Shown piece after piece: positions 26,221 through 32,000 of a DNA stretch of 32,000 nt. Under the pieces are notes generated by a model. That model had not been told where the DNA came from. It did no database searches and worked only from the letters and a program-made list of their open reading frames with translations. Position numbers and translations under genes: made by a program. Position 1 is the stretch's first letter; every line of letters begins with the position of its first letter. The DNA is from Candidatus Hadarchaeota archaeon (GTDB lineage: Archaea > Hadarchaeota > Hadarchaeia > Hadarchaeales > Hadarchaeaceae), in NCBI GenBank assembly GCA_964514965.1, contig CAZETV010000001.1:120001-152000 (forward strand). Direction: 5' to 3'.

Positions 26221-28038
26221 TCACAACAAGCCGTATCCCGTCTCGTAACTGGCAAGTGCGTTCGTCCATGTCTGTTCTGATTGTATGTAAACTTCATAGG
26301 GAAGGGTTCCGAAGAACAGGTTTGGCCTCTTCGACTGCGGCTCCAAGGAGACCCACCCCTCGCCGGGCAAGTAAACTTGAACCCACGCATGGGAAGCAAC
26401 GGTCTTTCCCTCCGGTGTTTCCGTCACAGTAAATTCCCAACCTGTCGGTGGTTGCCATTCAGACTCTACCCACCCACTGACCCTTCTCGCTGGAATTCCG
26501 GCGGTTCTGGCTATAGCGAGGTATACGTTCGTATAGTCCCTGCACTGGCCTTCCCGAGAATTTATAACCTCCTCGGATGTGGGCGGAGTGAAGGATAGCC
26601 CGTAGGTGATGTTAGAACCGGTCCAGTTACATATCTCTTTAGCGAGTTCTTGGTTATCCAGGTTGTCGCGGATGTTTTCGAGTAGATCTTTTACCCGGGT
26701 CGTGTTAGTAATTACATATAAATCGGGTAGCAGGTAGTACGCGTGATTCGCAGGAATTGCGTTTCCGCCCCAGCTAAGCTCGCCCGAGGGAACGGGTGCA
26801 AAAGTGATCTCATCTGGCAGCTCCCCATACTTTCTGTTAGAGGAGAGGATTCTGGTGAATGTATACAGGATATCTCTAAATCGCATCCTTCCGATTGGAG
26901 ATTCTACTTCTCCTGGCACCTCCTTATCGAAATTTATATCATCTAGAACTGCCTGCGCTAGGCTAACGTATTCGGTTTTAGATAGATTTTCCCAGCAAGC
27001 GCCCCACTCACCACTCTCGCTATCCGGTTGAATGATGTTTTCAATGGGCTGCTGAATCGAAAACTGGTTATCTTGGGCTATAGTAGTGATGGCGTCAGCG
27101 GCGTAGTATAACAGCTGAGCAGGAGAGAGAGAATACCAAGAATCTTCGCTGTATATTAAGTAGTAATCGTTGAGTTCGCGTCCGTATTTTAGATCTAGGC
27201 GAAGTTGCTCCAAAGAACCGATAAATGAAGGGTTCTGGAGAGAGACACCTTTGTAGCTTATGGTGTACATTAGGTATTGTTCGAGGAGTTGCTGTGGGGT
27301 TATGGTGACCTCATTTTCGGCTGCAGTTAAAGTCACACCGTTCTCTATAACAGCTGATCTGCCATCGAACTCTCCGAGGTACACAGAGTCCTTATCATAA
27401 GACCCTCCCCCGTAATCGGTGAGTTCATGAGAGTCAAACATCGCGGAGTAGACATTTGCAGCGCCCTCTGGAAGAACTGTTACGCTTTGATACGAGCACC
27501 GATAAAAGGCAACATCGATTCCAAGTGTCTTGGCGACGCTGCGGACGAGAATCCAATTTGATTCCTGCCCAGCGATGGTTTCCTTGGCTGCGCTTTGATT
27601 GTCAACCCAGCTAAAATTTATCGTCCACACATTATCTGACCAGCGTGCTAGGTTAGGCGTCTCCCATGTAAGGAAAACTTTAAAATTTTCTCCGCCATTG
27701 AGCCCGGTCACCTCGCAGTTGGGGTTCTCTACCTCAAGACCATATCTCGCAAATGCATCCCGAATACTCTCGACATAAGATTGTTTCATAACGTCTGTAC
27801 CCATCAACCCGGCAATCTGTTTCATGAAGGTGGAGAACTGAGACGGCGGTAGTTGCATTGTTAGGCTGCAGCTGGCGTTGCCGTCTGCGTCAACGTAAGT
27901 GAACGACTCGTCAAACTCCTCGAATTCAGCGACTGATATCTGTTCTTCTTCAGGCGGTATTAGGAATATGATGAGTATAGAAACTACAACAGCGACGGCT
28001 ACAATGATGGCGGCGAAAATAACTTTATTTCGCAGCAT
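26221..28038 (-). CDS. Membrane-anchored transglutaminase-like protein
   Basis: 605 aa; N-terminal hydrophobic segment VIFAAIIVAVAVVVSILIIFLI; core NSREGQCRDYTNVYLAIARTAGIPARRVSGW and VASHAWVQVYLPGEGWVSLEPQ. Confidence 0.85.
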   Translation of the reverse strand: MLRNKVIFAAIIVAVAVVVSILIIFLIPPEEEQISVAEFEEFDESFTYVDADGNASCSLTMQLPPSQFSTFMKQIAGLMGTDVMKQSYVESIRDAFARYGLEVENPNCEVTGLNGGENFKVFLTWETPNLARWSDNVWTINFSWVDNQSAAKETIAGQESNWILVRSVAKTLGIDVAFYRCSYQSVTVLPEGAANVYSAMFDSHELTDYGGGSYDKDSVYLGEFDGRSAVIENGVTLTAAENEVTITPQQLLEQYLMYTISYKGVSLQNPSFIGSLEQLRLDLKYGRELNDYYLIYSEDSWYSLSPAQLLYYAADAITTIAQDNQFSIQQPIENIIQPDSESGEWGACWENLSKTEYVSLAQAVLDDINFDKEVPGEVESPIGRMRFRDILYTFTRILSSNRKYGELPDEITFAPVPSGELSWGGNAIPANHAYYLLPDLYVITNTTRVKDLLENIRDNLDNQELAKEICNWTGSNITYGLSFTPPTSEEVINSREGQCRDYTNVYLAIARTAGIPARRVSGWVESEWQPPTGWEFTVTETPEGKTVASHAWVQVYLPGEGWVSLEPQSKRPNLFFGTLPYEVYIQSEQTWTNALASYETGYGLL

Positions 28039-28046
28039 GTGCTCAC

Positions 28047-29057
28047 TTATTTTAGTTCTGCTGGACTTAGATATTCTCTAACTTTTTTCGTCGCACTCAC
28101 AATTACTTGAAGTTTACCAATCGTTTCTTCTTGTGTTCGCGTCTTGAATCCGCAGTCGGGGTCGATCCAGAGCTGCTCGGGCTTTAAAACATCAAGGGCA
28201 CGCCGAATGCGATGCTCAACCGTTGCCGTGTTTTCGACTACATGCGAATGCACGTCCACCACCCCAAACGAGAGGTCCTTGGTGAAGGGGTGCTCTCGGA
28301 ACAGATCTACCAAGTCAAACTCGGAGTTCGACATCTCGAGGTCGAAGTTGTCAACTGGGAGCTTCAGCATCTCGGGGTAAATGAACTCGAAAGCTCCGTA
28401 ACAGATGTGGTTGATGAAATATGCATCAACACCTTCCGTCACGATTTTCATCGCCTCGATAGCGAATTCCGAAAGTTCCTCGGGCCTCGCCGAAATTGCA
28501 GGCTCGTCGATTTGGATTATTTTCGCTCCCGCTTTCGCCAGCGCTTTAACCTCTTCGTGCAACGCTTTCGCCAGCGCCAGACAGGCTTCTCGGCGACTCG
28601 GGTAGTATTCGTTGAACGACCAGTCCATCATTGTGTAAGGCCCCGTGACCATTCCCTTGACAGGTTTGCTGGTGAGTTCTTGGGCAAATCGCCACCAGTC
28701 CACTGTAATCGGCCTCTGCCACTTTACCTCGCTCGTGATGATCGGTTTTCGGTAGTAGCGGTTGCCATAGCTCCTAACGAGTCCGCTTATTTTGAAGCCA
28801 TCTAAGTTGTTCGCGAAGTACGTTACCATATCTCCTCGGTAAATCTCCCCGTCAACAAGCAAATCCAACCCCACCTTTTCCTGAATCTCAATCCACTCGC
28901 GCGTGACCCGCTCTTCGAGTTTTTTGAGTTCTTCGGCGGTCAACTTTTGGTCAGCGAATTTTCGTCTGGCATCGATTAGGTAGAGTGGCTTAGGAAGACT
29001 CCCGACAGTTGTGGTTGGCAGGAGGGGCAGCTTCAGGTTAAGATGTTCCAACTGCAT
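28047..29057 (-). CDS. MetE-type methionine synthase, zinc-site-bearing subunit/domain
   Basis: LLPTTTVGSLPKP, GLDLLVDGEIYRGDMVTYF, IIQIDEPAISARPEELSEFA, INHICYGAFEF, DLEMSNSEFD, LWIDPDCGFKTRTQEE. His-Cys, Glu and Cys ligands are all present. Likely start ATG at 29057 (track 29171). Confidence 0.88.
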   Translation of the reverse strand: MQLEHLNLKLPLLPTTTVGSLPKPLYLIDARRKFADQKLTAEELKKLEERVTREWIEIQEKVGLDLLVDGEIYRGDMVTYFANNLDGFKISGLVRSYGNRYYRKPIITSEVKWQRPITVDWWRFAQELTSKPVKGMVTGPYTMMDWSFNEYYPSRREACLALAKALHEEVKALAKAGAKIIQIDEPAISARPEELSEFAIEAMKIVTEGVDAYFINHICYGAFEFIYPEMLKLPVDNFDLEMSNSEFDLVDLFREHPFTKDLSFGVVDVHSHVVENTATVEHRIRRALDVLKPEQLWIDPDCGFKTRTQEETIGKLQVIVSATKKVREYLSPAELK

Positions 29058-30037
29058 TATATCAGCTCCCTTGCATTTTCGGCAATCGACGCCATGTTTT
29101 GAATTTTCTTGAATGCGACCTCCCTGGACAGGTAGTCGCCCAGCCCACATGAAGGATTGAGATAAACACACTTACTTTTGATGGCTGGCAAAATTAACTT
29201 TAAGACATTCATAACTTCATTTTCCCGTTCGAGTCTGGTGTTCCGCCCATCGATGAGCCCTACCCCGAGTTCCTTATCGCAACCAAAACGGGCAATTGCG
29301 TCAGGCAGTTTCGGGCTATAGGTGAAGTCTAAGCCGAGCACATCCACAGGGAGTTTGAGGAGTTTTTGGTAAAGAGGCATCGCGTCGCCAAAATACATGT
29401 AGAGAGCAACTCTTGCGTCGCCTTTTTCGGCCACGATTTTTTGGATAATCTTTTCGAAAACTTGAAAATCGGTCGGGTTTTTCAAGATAGCGGGTTCGTC
29501 AATCTGGATGAGTTCGGCCCCTGCTTCAGCGAGGTCTCGAACCTCTTGAGAGATCACCGAAGCAAATTCATCCACGAGCGGTTGGAACCCATCGCCGCGA
29601 CGGTTGATAGATAGCCTCGCAAGCGTGTAGGGTCCTGTCACCACGGGTTTCACGGATTTTGAAATTCCTCTCGCGAAAGTAAATTCACGTTTCAGAACAG
29701 ATTCGTGCTTTACAAGCTTGCCTCTGATGATTGGCTGGCGGAAGTAAAAATTCGTATCGAAAAACCTTAGTAAACCGTTAATTTCACAACCTTCCAACTT
29801 TCTAACAAAGTGAGAAATTGGATCGTGCCACCGTACTTGGCCGTCAGTTACCACATCCAGCCCGGCCCGCACTTGCTCTTCGATAACCCCTCGTGTTACT
29901 TCGTCCTGTACTCGCTCGAATTCTTCATCGGAAATTCCCCCGCGCTCATGCTGCGCGTAGGCTTGCCGATGCTGTTGCTGTTCTGGACGGTCACCTATCC
30001 GGGGATAGCTACTAGTACTTGCACTTAGGAGTTTCAT
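29057..30037 (-). CDS. MetE-like protein lacking the His-x-Cys zinc ligands (partner/N-terminal-like)
   Basis: 326 aa; MKLLSASTSSYPRIGD, VRAGLDVVTDGQVRWHDPISHFVRKLEG, LIQIDEPAILKNPTDFQVFEK, VALYMYFGDAMPL, VYLNPSCGLGDYLSREVAFKK. Confidence 0.87.
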   Translation of the reverse strand: MKLLSASTSSYPRIGDRPEQQQHRQAYAQHERGGISDEEFERVQDEVTRGVIEEQVRAGLDVVTDGQVRWHDPISHFVRKLEGCEINGLLRFFDTNFYFRQPIIRGKLVKHESVLKREFTFARGISKSVKPVVTGPYTLARLSINRRGDGFQPLVDEFASVISQEVRDLAEAGAELIQIDEPAILKNPTDFQVFEKIIQKIVAEKGDARVALYMYFGDAMPLYQKLLKLPVDVLGLDFTYSPKLPDAIARFGCDKELGVGLIDGRNTRLERENEVMNVLKLILPAIKSKCVYLNPSCGLGDYLSREVAFKKIQNMASIAENARELI

Positions 30038-30161
30038 CTGAATCCCATCGAATATTTACTCGAAAGTTAAATAGATGCTCGGCTTATAAGCCTTGTAATA
30101 ATAAATTCATGCATAAAATATAAACCTTCGAGTAAACTGTTAGGTTTTAGGTGAGTTTAAA

Positions 30162-31088
30162 ATGGGTTTCGGACGTGGATTCGGAAAAGTAATACTCTTT
30201 AACGAACATTTTGTGGTTTTTCAGGTGCCCTCGATTGTTTCGGCAATCGACAAGATGGCCGCGGCTACCGTCGAGCGCGGGGAGGGCTTTGGCTGGGCCT
30301 TGGAAGATGGTAGGCAATCCACCCCAGGATACAAAGAGGAGAAGCTCGAGCAACAGAAGGAATCAATCAACCGAATATTAAAAGCAGCAGGAATAGACCC
30401 CACCAAAAATCCAATCAAGATTATCTTCGGCGGAGATTTAGTTGCGGCGAGCGGAATAGGGGCCAGCGCCGCCTCATGCACCGCGCTCGCCCGGGCTCTC
30501 TCAGACGAGTTCAACTTGGGGCTTTCAGATGAGCGAATAAATGAGCTAGCCTACGAGGGCGAGAAGGGATATCATGGAACCCCATCGGGAATTGATAATA
30601 CCGCGGCGACCTATGGGGGATTGATTTGGTTCGTGAAGGGGGAACCAAACGTGATCGAGCGGATGAAAATAGAGGCGCCCGTCGAGGTGGTGATTGGAAA
30701 CACAGGGTTAGTCGCCAACACTAAAGCGGCGGTCACAGGGGTTCGCGAGCGGAAGGAAAAATATCCGGAAAAATATGACAAGAGCTTTAAAGAGGCGGAG
30801 GACTTGGCATATAGAGCTCGAAAAGCACTTGAGAGTCATGATCTAAAGACAGTTGGGGAATGCATGGATGAGAATCACAAACAGCTGCAAGCAATCGAGG
30901 TTTCGTGCAAGGAGCTTGACTTTTTGGTTGATCTGGCGAGGGACAAAGGTGCATTCGGAGCAAAAATGACCGGGGGAGGCCTTGGGGGGAACATGGTCGC
31001 ACTCACTCCGGGGAAAGAGTTGCAGGAGAAGGTAGCGCGAGCGATGGAAAAGGAAGGCTTCGAGGCCCTGAGGACGAGGATAGGGTGA
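30162..31088 (+). CDS. mvk: Mevalonate kinase (archaeal GHMP type)
   Basis: 308 aa; GRGFGKVILFNEHFVVFQVPSIVSAI, IFGGDLVAASGIGASAASCTALARALSDEF, GYHGTPSGIDNTAATYGGLIWF, GAKMTGGGLGGNMVAL. Confidence 0.95.
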   Translation: MGFGRGFGKVILFNEHFVVFQVPSIVSAIDKMAAATVERGEGFGWALEDGRQSTPGYKEEKLEQQKESINRILKAAGIDPTKNPIKIIFGGDLVAASGIGASAASCTALARALSDEFNLGLSDERINELAYEGEKGYHGTPSGIDNTAATYGGLIWFVKGEPNVIERMKIEAPVEVVIGNTGLVANTKAAVTGVRERKEKYPEKYDKSFKEAEDLAYRARKALESHDLKTVGECMDENHKQLQAIEVSCKELDFLVDLARDKGAFGAKMTGGGLGGNMVALTPGKELQEKVARAMEKEGFEALRTRIG

Positions 31089-31092
31089 TTTT

Positions 31093-32000
31093 GTGAACTT
31101 GCGAGAGTTTATCAATATTTTGGACAAGAAAGGTCTTTTGATGAAAATTGAGAAGCCCGTTGACATCAAATATGAGATGGCAACTTTAATGAAGATGCTT
31201 GATGGAAAGCCGATTCTTTTCGAGCAGGTTAAGGGTTTCTCTATGCCTGTGATAGCGAACATCTGCTCGTCAAGAGAATTGATTGCGCTGGGGTTGGGTA
31301 TCAAGGAGAGCGAAATCATGGATAAGCTGTCAGAAGCCATTGAGCACCCGAAAGAGCCGAAGGTTGTAAAGGCGGAGGGGTACAAAGAAGTCGAGACAGA
31401 TCTCACGAAGTTCCCTGTCCTGACTCACTACGCTTTCGATGGGGGACCTTACATCTCTTCAGGAATAGTTATCGCAAACGATCCAGAGCTCGGCCTCAAT
31501 GCCTCGTATCAGAGAATGATGGTCATAGGAAAAGACAAAGTCGTGTTAAGAATATTGCCGAGACATTTTGATGAATTCCTAAATCGTGGGGTTCGAGAAT
31601 TCGCGATTTGCATAGGGAATTCCATGCCTGTTTTGGTAGCCTCGGCGGTCTCGTTAGAAATAGGAAAGAGCGAGCTAAGCATCGCGAATGCACTAGCGGA
31701 AACTAATTTAATCGAACTGGCGGGCCACAAGGTTCCTGAGGCTGAGATAATTATGATTGCCGAAATGACGGGAGAGGCGCACGACGAGGGGCCTTTCCTC
31801 GACCTGACGGAGACTCCCGATATCGTGCGCAAGCAGCGGGTGGCGCGGATTAAGAAAATATTCACGAAAGAGAACCCGCTCTATCAAGCTCTGCTCCCTG
31901 GAGCGCTCGAGCACAGAATTCTGATGGGCATGCCACGCGAGCCGACGATATTCAGGGAGGTCAACAAAGTTTGCGAGTGCAAAGATGTCTCGGTGACTCC
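31093..32000 (+). CDS. UbiD-family decarboxylase, 3' truncated; candidate anhydromevalonate phosphate decarboxylase
   Basis: GTG start after GGTGAT (31084-31089). Translates to MNLREFINILDKKGLLMKIEKPVDIKYEMATLMKML...KFPVLTHYAFDGGPYISSGIVIANDPELGLNASYQRMMVIGKDKVVLRI...AVSLEIGKSELSIANALAETNLIELAGHKVPEAEIIMIAEMTGEAHDEGPFLDLTETPD, a UbiD pattern. Open to the window end and absent from the track. Confidence 0.9.
   Translation, partial: MNLREFINILDKKGLLMKIEKPVDIKYEMATLMKMLDGKPILFEQVKGFSMPVIANICSSRELIALGLGIKESEIMDKLSEAIEHPKEPKVVKAEGYKEVETDLTKFPVLTHYAFDGGPYISSGIVIANDPELGLNASYQRMMVIGKDKVVLRILPRHFDEFLNRGVREFAICIGNSMPVLVASAVSLEIGKSELSIANALAETNLIELAGHKVPEAEIIMIAEMTGEAHDEGPFLDLTETPDIVRKQRVARIKKIFTKENPLYQALLPGALEHRILMGMPREPTIFREVNKVCECKDVSVT

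Noticed and set aside
25835-26269. Real overlaps among mptE, JAMM and transglutaminase genes
   Set aside because: The overlaps in the track disappear when better internal starts (25830 and 26209) are used, so dual-coding is not needed.
28212-28805. 197-aa plus-strand ORF
   Set aside because: Antisense to the zinc-site MetE-like gene; no family pattern.
30843-31406. 187-aa minus-strand ORF
   Set aside because: Antisense to the mevalonate kinase and UbiD genes; no recognisable motifs.
1-32000. CRISPR array, transposase, integrase or phage genes
   Set aside because: No spaced repeat array, IS-like inverted repeats or mobile-element protein motifs were seen in any frame.

Overview
This window looks archaeal. 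Supporting genes are MptE-type 6-hydroxymethylpterin pyrophosphokinase, an archaeal-type GlyRS, an archaeal-type mevalonate kinase followed by a UbiD decarboxylase, an F420-type luciferase-like oxidoreductase, GGTGAT-type Shine-Dalgarno sites and leaderless TATA promoters. From left to right it contains: (1) an etfA-glcD pair (1-1921); (2) a block resembling a bacterial cell-wall/amino-sugar salvage locus (2049-11293), with a DUF1343/NamZ-like N-acetylmuramidase, a 680-aa double-SIS MurQ/GKRP-like protein, a beta-lactamase-fold (AmiE-like) serine hydrolase, a divergent ROK kinase, an LLM oxidoreductase, a YdjC/ChbG-type deacetylase and a GH1 homologue; (3) transporters, then sugar-acid genes (PfkB kinase, 2-hydroxyacid dehydrogenase, KDPG-aldolase-like, KDG kinase); (4) glyS, a GNAT, an AEC transporter and small HTH proteins; (5) a compact five-gene minus-strand array of two MetE-like proteins, a transglutaminase-like protein, a JAMM peptidase and MptE; (6) mevalonate kinase and UbiD. 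The strongest leads are the GH1 homologue whose nucleophile motif TENG reads TSNG and whose acid/base motif NEP reads DEP (a pattern suggesting a change of mechanism), the GKRP-like MurQ duplication beside a sugar kinase, and the whole salvage module in an archaeal context. All family assignments come from reading motifs; no database search was run.
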